From assembly GCA_029975525.1 (NCBI GenBank), contig JARKOX010000037.1, positions 15,909 through 79,908 of the forward strand: 64,000 nucleotides of DNA, read 5' to 3'. Positions 46,137 through 55,789 of the stretch are shown one piece after another. This stretch comes from Prolixibacteraceae bacterium (GTDB taxonomy: Bacteria > Bacteroidota > Bacteroidia > Bacteroidales > Prolixibacteraceae). The position numbers and the translations under genes are program-made. The notes beneath the pieces were generated by a model. That model saw only the letters and a program-made list of their open reading frames with translations. It did not search any database and was not told the DNA's origin. Positions within the stretch are counted from its first letter, which is position 1, and each line of letters starts with the position of its first letter.

Positions 46137-47615
46137 TTATTTTTCCAGTGCGGTTTTCCATCTTTCATAGGCTGCCTGATATGCTGCAGCTTTTGAGTGG
46201 TCGGGTTCGATGGTTTCCAGCTTGTTGAGGTTGGTGAAGGCTTCGGCAAATGAGGCGTAATATCCCGATCCGATACCTGCGCCGCGTGCGGCACCGATGG
46301 AACCGTCGGTGTTGTACAGTTCGATGGTGGCGCCCGAAACACCGGCCAGGGTTTCACGGAAGAGCGGGCTGAGGAACATGTTGGCTTTCCCGGCCCGGAT
46401 AACCTGCGGATGGATTCCGATGGTCTGCATGATGTCCATGCCGTATTTAAACGAGAAGACAATTCCTTCCTGGGCCGCACGTAGCAGATGGCCGGAGTGG
46501 TGGATGTTGAAATTGATCCCCGACACCGACGCGCCGGTATCTTTGTTTTTCAGTACCCGTTCGGCGCCGTTCCCAAACGGAAGGATGGTGAGCCCTTCAG
46601 AGCCGATCGGGACTGTGGCTGCCAGCCGGTTCATCTCGTCGTAGGAAAGTTGGTCATTGCCCAGGTTTTTCTTCAGCCAGGCATTCAGGATGCCGGTTCC
46701 GTTGATGCAGAGCAGTACCCCCAGCCGCGGGTTCTGGCCGCTGTGGTTGACGTGGGCAAATGTATTTACCCGCGAAGCCGGATCAAATTTGATTTCGTCG
46801 CTCACACCGTAAACTACTCCCGATGTTCCGGCGGTGGTTGCCACCTCTCCGGGGTTAAGCACGTTGAGCGACAGGGCATTGTTGGGCTGGTCGCCGGCGC
46901 GGTAGCTGACTTTTGTTCCGGGAGCCAATCCCAGTTCGGCAGCGGCAGTGGCCGATAGTTGTCCCTGTTCGCCAAAAGTGGGGACGATTTCAGGGATTAC
47001 CGATTCGTCGAAACCGTAGTGGTCGAGCAGCAGCCGGGCAATTTTATTTTCTTTGAAATCCCAGAGAATTCCTTCGGAAAGGCCGCTGACCGTTGTGCGG
47101 ATATCGCCGGTCAGCTTCATGGCGATGTAGTCGCCGGGGAGCATGATTTTGAAAACCTGCTGAAAATTTGCCGGTTCGTTTTCTTTTACCCATTTCAGTT
47201 TCGAGGCGGTAAAATTTCCGGGCGAATTGAGAAGGTGGGAGAGGCACCGTTCCTGGCCGATTCCGGTAAATGCGCTGTCGCCGGTGGCTGCCGCGCGACT
47301 GTCGCACCAGATGATGGAAGGACGGATTACCTGGTGGTTTTTGTCTACCATTACCAATCCGTGCATCTGGTAAGAGATGCCGATTGCTGCAATCTGCTGC
47401 GGATCGGGTTTGGCAGCAGCCAGTACGTCGGCCAGCGCCAGTTTCAGGTTTTCCCACCAGAGGGCAGGATCCTGCTCCGCCCATCCGGGACGGGAAGCTA
47501 CAATTTTCATCTCCTGCTTCGGATAAAAGGCCGAGGCCAAACATTCTCCGGTTTCGCCGTTAACCAGCGAAGCCTTCACGGACGAACTTCCGATGTCGAA
47601 TCCAAGTAAATACAT
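46137..47615 (-). CDS. xylB: Xylulokinase (FGGY family)
   Basis: 'MYLLGFDIGSSSVKASL' N-terminal FGGY motif, 'GISYQMHGLV', and C-terminal 'GAARGAGIG'. Lies 46 nt upstream of xylA. Confidence 0.9.
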   Translation of the reverse strand: MYLLGFDIGSSSVKASLVNGETGECLASAFYPKQEMKIVASRPGWAEQDPALWWENLKLALADVLAAAKPDPQQIAAIGISYQMHGLVMVDKNHQVIRPSIIWCDSRAAATGDSAFTGIGQERCLSHLLNSPGNFTASKLKWVKENEPANFQQVFKIMLPGDYIAMKLTGDIRTTVSGLSEGILWDFKENKIARLLLDHYGFDESVIPEIVPTFGEQGQLSATAAAELGLAPGTKVSYRAGDQPNNALSLNVLNPGEVATTAGTSGVVYGVSDEIKFDPASRVNTFAHVNHSGQNPRLGVLLCINGTGILNAWLKKNLGNDQLSYDEMNRLAATVPIGSEGLTILPFGNGAERVLKNKDTGASVSGINFNIHHSGHLLRAAQEGIVFSFKYGMDIMQTIGIHPQVIRAGKANMFLSPLFRETLAGVSGATIELYNTDGSIGAARGAGIGSGYYASFAEAFTNLNKLETIEPDHSKAAAYQAAYERWKTALEK

Positions 47616-47668
47616 GTCAGCGGTTTAAATTAATGAACTACTTAACTGTTCTGTTCTGGTATGTTCGT

Positions 47669-47676
47669 CAAAAGTA
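47669..47676 (-). promoter_or_regulatory. Candidate -7 promoter box (TACTTTTG on minus strand) for xylB-xylA
   Basis: Plus strand CAAAAGTA at 47669-47676, about 54 nt upstream of the xylB ATG (47615). Confidence 0.35.
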
Positions 47677-47726
47677 GCAGACAAAGTGTCTGTTTGATTT
47701 TATTTGGGAATGTTTTAGAGCATGTT

Positions 47727-48722
47727 TTATAACGACGAGCGCAGTTTCAGGGTAGTCGGGACTGTAAATTTCACTGGCTGCCCGGTGTTTACGAATTCGG
47801 CCGACATTTGTCCCAGCATCTCAAAATTGGTTGAAATAACGGTGACGCCGTTTTTGACATATTTTTTCATGGGGGTTTCGTTGTAGGAAATTACCCCTAC
47901 TTCGCGCCCGGCTTCGAGGCCCTGTTCGGAACAGAGGTCGAAGAATTTTGCCAGCGTGCGGTCGCTCACCAGCATGTAAAGGTCGCCGCGCTGCAGCTGA
48001 AATTCTTCGGGCGAATAGATCACCTGGTGGTTGATGTGGTAGTCGCGGCAAAATTTTTCAAAAAAGCGGACCGAATCCTGCGGATGGTATGTAAACGGCG
48101 GGTAGTAGAAGATGAAGCGGTCGTACCGGCGGATACGTTCCTCGTTTTCGGCCAGGCAGCGGTAAACCGCCTCGCCAAAATCCTGTGCAACGTAAGAGTG
48201 ATTTTCCGAAGTGTGAATTTTCCAGTCGATCACAAGCAGCTTCTCTGGCGGGATTTTTCCGATGATTGCCGGCACTTTCGGATGGTCAAAGTTCATAACA
48301 ACATAATAGCTGTATTTGCCGACACTCTCCTTGATGATGTTTTCGAATACGCGGATATTGTAGTGGTGAAAATGAAGATCGACGCTGATATCTTTGCGGA
48401 GTTGGTCGCGGAAAGCGTGGTAGAGCACCTCTTTGTAGGCTTTGAAGGTGTCGAGAAACAGTAAAACTTTGGTGATTTTTTTGGTAACAAAGTAACCGCG
48501 GTTGGGGACCGATTCCACCATTCCGCGCTGTTTCAGCTCGGCGTAGGCTTTAAAAACCGTGTCGCGCGAGAGCTGGCACTCTTTAATCAGCTGGTTGACC
48601 GAAGGGAGCATCTCTCCCGGTTTCAGCTGGTTGCGGTTAATAGCGTCCAGCACGGCATCGACCAGCTGCTGGTACTTCAGGATATTGGAGTTTGGCTCGA
48701 TCAAAAATTTGAAATCTGCCAT
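47727..48722 (-). CDS. GntR-type wHTH regulator fused to periplasmic-binding-protein (LacI-like) sugar sensor domain
   Basis: N-terminal 'LPSVNQLIKECQLSRDTVFKAYAELKQRGMVESVPNRGYFV' (GntR HTH) followed by about 260 aa of PBP-like domain. Immediately upstream of the xyl genes on the same strand. Confidence 0.8.
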   Translation of the reverse strand: MADFKFLIEPNSNILKYQQLVDAVLDAINRNQLKPGEMLPSVNQLIKECQLSRDTVFKAYAELKQRGMVESVPNRGYFVTKKITKVLLFLDTFKAYKEVLYHAFRDQLRKDISVDLHFHHYNIRVFENIIKESVGKYSYYVVMNFDHPKVPAIIGKIPPEKLLVIDWKIHTSENHSYVAQDFGEAVYRCLAENEERIRRYDRFIFYYPPFTYHPQDSVRFFEKFCRDYHINHQVIYSPEEFQLQRGDLYMLVSDRTLAKFFDLCSEQGLEAGREVGVISYNETPMKKYVKNGVTVISTNFEMLGQMSAEFVNTGQPVKFTVPTTLKLRSSL

Positions 48723-49058
48723 ATTTCAGAAATAAAATCGTTTGTTAGTAAAAAAGTACAGACTTCGGGTGTTTGATAATCCGTTGCTTACCAGTTGTTT
48801 GTCGATGGGTTTGTTTCAGCGGCCCATCACCGGTTGAAAACGCTTCTCCCTCCCGGAAATGCTCCGCCCCGTTCTGTTCTGTTCTTCAAATGTAACGGTT
48901 TTCGGCAAATAGCGCTATTTTAACATTCATTAATTATTGGGCGGGCAATAGCGGTTTGGTAAAAACCGTTTGGGTATAAAAGGATGAAGAGGAACATCCA
49001 CGTGGTTAAGTTTGGTCAGCATTATTTCTATTTTTCAGTTCCGCTTTCATCCTTTTTT

Positions 49059-50633
49059 TTATTCATTGGCGCGCTGAAAGTCAAGATCGTGAAAATCAAA
49101 GCTGAAATCGGTGAGCGGAGAGATGGCTTTCATGTGGAGGCCGGTTGCTTTTCCGTTCTCATCGAGGCTGAAGAGGGCAAAAGCGTCGGCATCCATGCTG
49201 CGGTCATTCCATTTTACCACGAAGGTATTTCCTTTGTAGAACAACATCTCTCCGCACAGCTTGGGTGAACGCAGCGAACGGAACCAGAGTTTTCCGTTCT
49301 TTTCTGTGATTACAATTTTTCCAAACCAGTTGTCGGTGTAGGCGCCGGAGTAGATTTTCCAGTCGGGTTTTGCCGAATTGTTTTGTGCGGATTCGATCTC
49401 CTGCCAGATTTTGCCGGTGATTTTTTGGGCTTCTTCTTCATTCTTCCTCACCTTTTCCAGGTTGCTCTGCACCCAATCGGGCCCTGCAATTCCGAGATAG
49501 CGGTCTTTGATGGTGTTGGTGATGGCAGAAAAGGCAGCGCCCTGTTGTTGGTTGGTAAAAACAATGATTCCGAGCTGAAGTTCGGGAATCAGGGTAAACT
49601 GGGTAACAATGCCGGCCAGTCCGCCGGTGTGCGATAGCTGTTTGTATCCTTTCACATCGCTGATGAACCATCCCAGTCCGTAACTGCCAAAATGGGTGTT
49701 GTAACTGTTGCTGCCCCTCACCGGAATGATGGTTTGCGGCGTCCACATCTCCTCAAGGACAGCCTTGCTAAAGAGTTTTCTGTCGGGATTGTCCCCGATT
49801 TTCCCGCTGTTCAGCAAAGCAATCGCCCATTTGCTCATGTCCACAATGTTGGTGTAAATACCGCCGGCCGCGTTGGCTACGTCGCTGAGCGATTTCGGAA
49901 TAACCTGCACCCGGCCGTTTACCGGGGCATGGGCGTCAAGCAGGTTTGATCTGTCTTTCAGGTGGTGGTAGCTGGCTGCGCTTTGGTTCATCTGCAGGGG
50001 TTGCATGATGCGCGTTTCCACAAAATTTTCCCACGAAGTGCCCGACACCCGGGCCACTACTTCTCCGGCAACGATGTAAAGCAGGTTGTCGTAATCGTAT
50101 TTGGTCCGAAAATCGGAAACAGGTTTCAGAAAACGCAGGTTGTGAATGATCTCCTGTTTGGAGAAGGTGGCCGAATCGGGCCAGATCATCAGGTCGCCGG
50201 CACCCAGTCCCAGTCCGCTCCGGTGCGTCAGCAGGTCTCTGATGGTAAAGTGGGCTGTTACATAAGGATCGTACATCCGAAATTCGGGAATAAAGTCGAT
50301 CACCCGGTCGTCCCATTTCAGCTTTTTTTCCTCAACCAGGATTCCCAGTGCGGCGGCGGTAAATACCTTGCTGTTGGAAGCGATGGCAAACAGTGTGTTT
50401 TCGTCGGTTTTTTGCCGGGTTGTGAGCGACCGGACACCATATCCCCGGGCATGGATCAGCTTTCCGTCTTTTACTACCCCGACCGCAATGCCGGGAACAT
50501 CGAAAGCCTTCAGGGTGCGTTCGGCCAGTTGGTCAATCTCTTCGGAAGTGATTCCCTGCGATTTGACCTGGGCGGTCATCAGGATCGTCAGCAGGATGGC
50601 AAACAGAAATCTCAGGCGACAGATCGGATTCAT
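49059..50633 (-). CDS. Serine hydrolase, beta-lactamase/PBP family with C-terminal lipocalin-like (DUF3471-like) domain
   Basis: Signal peptide. SxxK 'ASNSKVFTAAA', a Y-x-N-like 'YDNLLY', and 'HTGGLAG' (KTG-like region). Confidence 0.8.
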   Translation of the reverse strand: MNPICRLRFLFAILLTILMTAQVKSQGITSEEIDQLAERTLKAFDVPGIAVGVVKDGKLIHARGYGVRSLTTRQKTDENTLFAIASNSKVFTAAALGILVEEKKLKWDDRVIDFIPEFRMYDPYVTAHFTIRDLLTHRSGLGLGAGDLMIWPDSATFSKQEIIHNLRFLKPVSDFRTKYDYDNLLYIVAGEVVARVSGTSWENFVETRIMQPLQMNQSAASYHHLKDRSNLLDAHAPVNGRVQVIPKSLSDVANAAGGIYTNIVDMSKWAIALLNSGKIGDNPDRKLFSKAVLEEMWTPQTIIPVRGSNSYNTHFGSYGLGWFISDVKGYKQLSHTGGLAGIVTQFTLIPELQLGIIVFTNQQQGAAFSAITNTIKDRYLGIAGPDWVQSNLEKVRKNEEEAQKITGKIWQEIESAQNNSAKPDWKIYSGAYTDNWFGKIVITEKNGKLWFRSLRSPKLCGEMLFYKGNTFVVKWNDRSMDADAFALFSLDENGKATGLHMKAISPLTDFSFDFHDLDFQRANE

Positions 50634-50817
50634 AACAGCATGTTTTTTTGATTTTTAAAATTAGGATTCTCTCCTGATTCAAAAAAGGGTTGCCGATAAA
50701 ATCAGGCGGCTTTTTTATCGCTTTTTTAGTTTGCTGAAAAGCCGGCTTTTATTTTCGTCAGGGCGATAACTTTCGCCGGATACTTTTTAATTTTGTTTTT
50801 CACCTAAACCTTCGATT

Positions 50818-51390
50818 ATGCTGAAAGAGTTGTTTCAAAAAAACCGCAGCTACCGGCGGTTCGACGAGTCGGTGCGGATCAGCAACGACCAGCTGCGTTC
50901 GTGGATTGAGCTGGCCCGGTTTTCGGCCTCGGGCCGGAATATGCAGCCGCTGAAATATGTCACCTCGGTTGATAAAAAGCTGAATGCCGAGATTTTTCAG
51001 CACCTGGCCTGGGCCGGTTACCTGACCAACTGGAAAGGGCCGTCAGAAGGCGAACGCCCGGCGGCCTACCTGGTTGTGTTGCACGATAAATCGCTGAGTT
51101 CACAATATTTTTGCGACGATGGGATTGCCGTTCAGAGTATTTTATTGGGGGCGGTGAATGACGGTTTTGGCGGTTGTATTCTCGGTTCGGTTAACCGCGC
51201 CAAAGTGGCCCGGCTGTTCAACCTGCCCGCACATCTTGAGATTTTGTGGGTGGTGGCGTTGGGTAAACCGGTTGAAAAGGTTGTGCTGCACGATCTGGAA
51301 GGTTCCGATATCAGGTATTGGCGCGATGAGGAGAATGTCCACCATGTTCCGAAACGTACGCTCGACGAACTGATTGTGGCCATGAAATAG
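50818..51390 (+). CDS. Nitroreductase-family protein
   Basis: 'NRSYRRFDES', 'ARFSASGRNMQPLKY' and 'DDGIAVQSILLGA' are typical of the FMN nitroreductase fold. Confidence 0.85.
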   Translation: MLKELFQKNRSYRRFDESVRISNDQLRSWIELARFSASGRNMQPLKYVTSVDKKLNAEIFQHLAWAGYLTNWKGPSEGERPAAYLVVLHDKSLSSQYFCDDGIAVQSILLGAVNDGFGGCILGSVNRAKVARLFNLPAHLEILWVVALGKPVEKVVLHDLEGSDIRYWRDEENVHHVPKRTLDELIVAMK

Positions 51391-51421
51391 CGGGTGATTA
51401 TTCAGCGCCGAAATATCCTAT

Positions 51422-51454
51422 AAAAAACAAAGGATGGCTCCGGCCATCCTTTTT
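51422..51454. terminator. Bidirectional intrinsic terminator (nitroreductase / proline dehydrogenase)
   Basis: AAAGGATGGC (51429-51438) / GCCATCCTTT (51443-51452) stem, loop TCCG, with flanking A-run and T-run. Confidence 0.75.
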
Positions 51455-51462
51455 CGTATGGG

Positions 51463-52374
51463 TTATCCCCGGTGGAACAGGGCTTTGATAATGTGGCTCG
51501 CAATCTGGGGGTTCTCTTTCAACCGCCGGGTGGAGTAGCCGAACCAGTCTTTTCCGAAAGGCACGTACACGCGCATCAGGTGACCGGCCTGTACAATGGA
51601 GGCGCGCAGGTCGGGTGTAACCCCGTATAACATCTGGAATTCATGTTTATCTTCCGGGATCTGGTATTTTTTAAGGAGTTTGCTGGCTTCGTCCACCAGG
51701 TATTTGTCGTGGGTGGCGATGCCTACATACATTTTGTTCTTCAGCATCAGGTCGAGTAACCGCAGGTAGTTGCTGCGGATTTCCTGAAAACCTTTGTAGG
51801 CGATTTCGGCCGGTTCAATGTAGATTCCTTTACAAAGTCTGAAGTTTAATGGCGTTTCTTCCGAGTGAATATCCATCAGCGACTCCACGTCGGAGAGGGT
51901 GCGCCGCAGATAAGCCTGCAACACCAACCCGACGTTGTGCGGGAATTCGGCCTGCAGCCTGCGGAAAAGCAAAATCTCCCGGTCCACACACTGCGAATCT
52001 TCCATGTCGATTCGGATAAAACAGTTTTTTCCGGCAGCTTTTTTTACGACTTCCCGCAGGTTGGCGTAACATACCTCCTCATCGAGCAGCAGCCCGAACA
52101 TTGTCGGTTTTACCGAAAAATTCCCCCGGATACCTTCTGCGCAAAACCGTTCGATAATGGCTAGATAACGGTCCTTGTTTGCATCGGCTTCTTCGAGGTT
52201 TTGGATAAATTCTCCAAGCAGATCAATCGTTACAACAATACCTGCCTGGTTGAGCTCGCGCGAAACCCGTAATCCGTCTTCGATGGTTTCGCCGGCAATA
52301 TACCGCCTGGAGAATATCCAGATCAGTTTTTGGGGCATGTAGGGTAACGTGCTGGCAATTAATTTGTTAAACAT
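51463..52374 (-). CDS. Proline dehydrogenase (monofunctional)
   Basis: 303 aa. 'YIAGETIEDGLRVSRELNQAGIVVTIDLLGE' and 'LRLCKGIY' match the PutA PRODH-domain pattern. Confidence 0.8.
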   Translation of the reverse strand: MFNKLIASTLPYMPQKLIWIFSRRYIAGETIEDGLRVSRELNQAGIVVTIDLLGEFIQNLEEADANKDRYLAIIERFCAEGIRGNFSVKPTMFGLLLDEEVCYANLREVVKKAAGKNCFIRIDMEDSQCVDREILLFRRLQAEFPHNVGLVLQAYLRRTLSDVESLMDIHSEETPLNFRLCKGIYIEPAEIAYKGFQEIRSNYLRLLDLMLKNKMYVGIATHDKYLVDEASKLLKKYQIPEDKHEFQMLYGVTPDLRASIVQAGHLMRVYVPFGKDWFGYSTRRLKENPQIASHIIKALFHRG

Positions 52375-52595
52375 TTTAAGTTAATCTTTAATTTGATATT
52401 TGATTTTGGTTTTTGTACTGTGCTAAAAGTAAGCCTACCCTTTTACCCTATTCAATGATGTTTATCAGAATGAATTTATGATTTTACACAGCTTTTGTGA
52501 GTAAGTGTCTGTTATTTAGATATGTTAAAAAAAAGACAGCTTATTCTTTGCTTTTACCTGAAAAAATTATCTTTGTCCGTAAAAACTAAACGCTC

Positions 52596-53195
52596 ATGAA
52601 AGGGACATCTTTAATTGTAAGTATTGTATTGTTTGTAGCAGTAGCCGTTTTGTATGTGCTGCATTTTACGGGCAGTAAATCAGGCGTTTCTGACGCCGCT
52701 GAAGTTCGGGGGGAAGGGAGTGAACATGGAGTGAGAATCGCCTGGATTAAAGCCGACTCGCTGATCCTTAATTATGATCTTGCCCAGGATCTTCACAATG
52801 AATTCACCCAAAAGCAGGAAGCTTTTACAAAAGAATACGGTAACAAACGTTCGACGTTTGAACGCGAAGCTGCTGAATTTCAGCAAAAATTGCAGCGCGG
52901 CGGTTTTCTGACCGAACAGCGTGCGGTGGAAGAACGCGATCGGTTGCTGGGGAAAGAACAGGAAATTATGAAACTCGACCAGGAGTTGTCGGGGAAGCTG
53001 GCCGAATTGCAGGCTGGAAACAACAAGCAGTTGCTGGACAGCCTGATGAGCTACCTGAAGATTTACAACAGCAACCAAAAGTATGATTTCATTTTTAATG
53101 CCGGAGATGTGCTGATTGGACCCGAGGCAACCAACATTACCGCGGAGGTGCTTCGGCAGATGAACCAGCGCTACCAGGCCAACAAACCGAAATAG
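52596..53195 (+). CDS. OmpH/Skp-family periplasmic chaperone
   Basis: Signal anchor plus a long coiled-coil 'FQQKLQRGGFLTEQRAVEERDRLLGKEQEIMKLDQELSGKL', typical of OmpH. Confidence 0.75.
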   Translation: MKGTSLIVSIVLFVAVAVLYVLHFTGSKSGVSDAAEVRGEGSEHGVRIAWIKADSLILNYDLAQDLHNEFTQKQEAFTKEYGNKRSTFEREAAEFQQKLQRGGFLTEQRAVEERDRLLGKEQEIMKLDQELSGKLAELQAGNNKQLLDSLMSYLKIYNSNQKYDFIFNAGDVLIGPEATNITAEVLRQMNQRYQANKPK

Positions 53196-53221
53196 AAGCG
53201 GAATCTGACCTCACATAAAGT

Positions 53222-53248
53222 AATCCGGGGAACTCCCCCGGATTTTTT
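53222..53248 (+). terminator. Intrinsic terminator after ompH
   Basis: AATCCGGGG (53222-53230) / CCCCGGATT (53236-53244), with the T-run continuing to 53248. Confidence 0.8.
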
Positions 53249-53338
53249 ATTGCTGATCCCGGATTGGCAGCGGCAGCGGATCTTCTCCGCCCTTGTTAAT
53301 TTAGGGGGAAGCTTTAATTTTACAGCAAACCGTATCTC

Positions 53339-54526
53339 ATGTTTGCCGATCGTTATCTCCAGAAATCAACTTTCAGCGGCCCGTTACTCAGCGGGTTACC
53401 GCATCCCGACACTTCCCTGCAGGTGGTAATTCCCTGTTTTGACGAGCCGGAAATCCTCCGCACGTTGGAATCCCTGAAGGCCTGCACGCCTCCTCGCGGC
53501 CGGGTTGAGGTGATCGTGCTGATTAACGAACCCGAAGGGTGTGCCCCTGCAATTTCGGCATTTAACCGGCAAACCAGTCTGGATATTCAGGCGTGGGCCG
53601 GCGAGCATTCCGGCAACGCTCTCCGCTTTTTTGCTGCTGGACCGGTGCAGCTGCCCCGAAAGTGGGCGGGCGCCGGACTGGCCCGCAAACGGGGAATGGA
53701 TGAGGCGGTTTACCGTTTTAATGCGGTGGAAAAACCCGATGGGGTGATCGTTTCTCTCGATGCCGACACCCTGGTGCAACCCAATTACCTGGTTGAGATT
53801 GAGAACCACTTTTTGCAGCATTCTACCCATGTGGGAGCGACACTCGCCTTTGAGCACCAGAAGGAGGGGCTGAAACCGCATCACAAAGCCGGCATCAGTA
53901 TGTATGAAAAGTATCTTCACTATTATAAAAATGCAGTGTCGTTTACCGGTTATCCCTATTCGATGTTTACCATCGGATCGGCATTTGCCGTGACCGCCGA
54001 GGCCTACGTGCGGCGGGGCGGGATGAACCGCCGGCAGGCCGGCGAGGATTTTTACTTCCTCCAACATCTGGCTCAGCTGGGAAAAATCGGTGAAATCAAC
54101 AGCACCTGTGTGCACCCGTCGGCGCGGATTTCCGAGCGCGTTCCTTTTGGGACAGGGCCGGTTTTGAAGAAATGGATGGAGGGACGCGAAGATTTACAGT
54201 TCACCTTTAACTTGCAGGCCTTTGTCGATCTGAAGATTTTATTCGGACTGCGTGAGAAATTTTACCGGTTGAAGCCGGAATTGCTTTCGGCAGTAATGGC
54301 GCAGCTGCCGCTTCCGGTGGCGGAGTTTCTGCAGGCCGAAGATTTGCCTGCCCAATTCGGCCAGCTCAGCCGGAACTGTGGCAGCGAGGAGGTCTTTAGT
54401 AACCGGTTTTTTCAGGTTTTTAACGGTTTGGTGATTCTGAAATTTATACATTTTTCCCACCCGCGCCATTATCCAAGAATGTTGCTGGAGACGGAGATGG
54501 ACCGGCTGAAGGAGCTGATGCAGTAG
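53339..54526 (+). CDS. Family 2 glycosyltransferase
   Basis: 'VVIPCFDEPEILRTLESL', 'VIVLINEPE' and 'IVSLDADT' (DxD region). GT-A fold pattern. Confidence 0.7.
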   Translation: MFADRYLQKSTFSGPLLSGLPHPDTSLQVVIPCFDEPEILRTLESLKACTPPRGRVEVIVLINEPEGCAPAISAFNRQTSLDIQAWAGEHSGNALRFFAAGPVQLPRKWAGAGLARKRGMDEAVYRFNAVEKPDGVIVSLDADTLVQPNYLVEIENHFLQHSTHVGATLAFEHQKEGLKPHHKAGISMYEKYLHYYKNAVSFTGYPYSMFTIGSAFAVTAEAYVRRGGMNRRQAGEDFYFLQHLAQLGKIGEINSTCVHPSARISERVPFGTGPVLKKWMEGREDLQFTFNLQAFVDLKILFGLREKFYRLKPELLSAVMAQLPLPVAEFLQAEDLPAQFGQLSRNCGSEEVFSNRFFQVFNGLVILKFIHFSHPRHYPRMLLETEMDRLKELMQ

Positions 54527-54582
54527 TTTTTGCAAAAAAAAGGCGCCGGATTTGCCGAGCGCCCTGCACGAAGAAGTTTTGT

Positions 54583-55407
54583 TTATTTCAGTCGGATGGT
54601 CCTGGTTTGATTGCCGTTGGTAACGGTGGCCAGGTTGTCGCATTCGCCGTTTCCGTAGTCAACCGACCAGGTGCGGTTGTCGCTGGTCGTGAAAATGACA
54701 ATCCCGCTTACGATGCGGTGGCAGGCCATCTTAAAAACCAGTGGCGTCTCTTCCTGAACGGTTTTTGTCACTTTTATTCCGTTTGTCCGAGTAAATTCTG
54801 TTGTTCCCCACGAGATGATCTGGTTGTCCTTTTTTATCCCCATGAGGTTGAGCTGGTATTCGCGGGTGAGCCGGGCCACCCGGTGAGCGGTACCGCCACC
54901 GTTGGGAAAGGTGATGGTGACCTCTTCTTCGATTTCAGCTACCCGGGAGTGATCTTCGCGGTCAATGGTGATGGTTTTGCGGATGGTCCCCTCCACCTTT
55001 TTCCCCTCCACATAAAAGTTGTCGAAGGTTTTTACCCGTTCCGAGGTGGCATTTTCAAAAGAGGTGGCGGTGACGATGATCTTGCCCGAACGGACTTTCC
55101 CGTCTTTTCCGGTACAGCCGGTGCCAAAATCAATGGTCATTTTTTTGGGTTCGGCTGTTTTGTCGTACGTAACCACCGGGCAGGAGTTGAGCAGGTAGTT
55201 GTCTTCTGTCGTCGCCGATTTCAGCTGGCTCATTTGCCGGACCAGCGCTTCGTCGACCAGGGCATCCAGATCAACCAGGATCTCCTCGGTAAGCGTCTCC
55301 TGTTCGGTGAGCCGGGTGTTCTCTTCACTGGCAACCTCCTCCTGCTGACAAGCGCCTGCGGTCAGCAAGACCAGGGCAGCAGCCCAAAATAATCTGAATC
55401 GTTTCAT
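54583..55407 (-). CDS. Hypothetical lipoprotein
   Basis: 'MKRFRLFWAAALVLLTAGAC' lipobox followed by the acidic stretch 'QQEEVASEE'. No family recognised. Confidence 0.6.
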   Translation of the reverse strand: MKRFRLFWAAALVLLTAGACQQEEVASEENTRLTEQETLTEEILVDLDALVDEALVRQMSQLKSATTEDNYLLNSCPVVTYDKTAEPKKMTIDFGTGCTGKDGKVRSGKIIVTATSFENATSERVKTFDNFYVEGKKVEGTIRKTITIDREDHSRVAEIEEEVTITFPNGGGTAHRVARLTREYQLNLMGIKKDNQIISWGTTEFTRTNGIKVTKTVQEETPLVFKMACHRIVSGIVIFTTSDNRTWSVDYGNGECDNLATVTNGNQTRTIRLK

Positions 55408-55789
55408 TGTTCCCGTTTTTTTTGATGTTTGCGTTTGATGCTTTCACACTGCAAGAAGCAACTTCCGCCCCAATATAAAATGTCGAAAAAGTAATCAGGG
55501 AAAATCGGAGGTGGAGTTGCTTTCGGCTTTGAAACAGACGGTTAAAGTTCCGAATTTTCCTGCATTTTTTCCTGTTCCGAAATGACAATAAATGTTAAAA
55601 CCACAGGTCGGATGCTGCTTCAGCTGATCAGTTTTTAAATGAATTTTTATGGGCAGCGATTCATCCCAGCGTGTTGATTCGGTCCGGATTGGTGTTCCCC
55701 ATGAATGGAGCAAAGGCCAACTGCACAACGGCTGATTCCGCCGGACAATTGGCCTTTGTTGTCTGGTTTCGGAATAACCCCGAACCGGG

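Noticed and set aside
48980-49058. Possible terminator downstream of the beta-lactamase-family gene (GGATG...CATCC plus T-rich tail on the minus strand).
   Set aside because: The stem is only 5 bp with an 8-nt loop, too weak to call.
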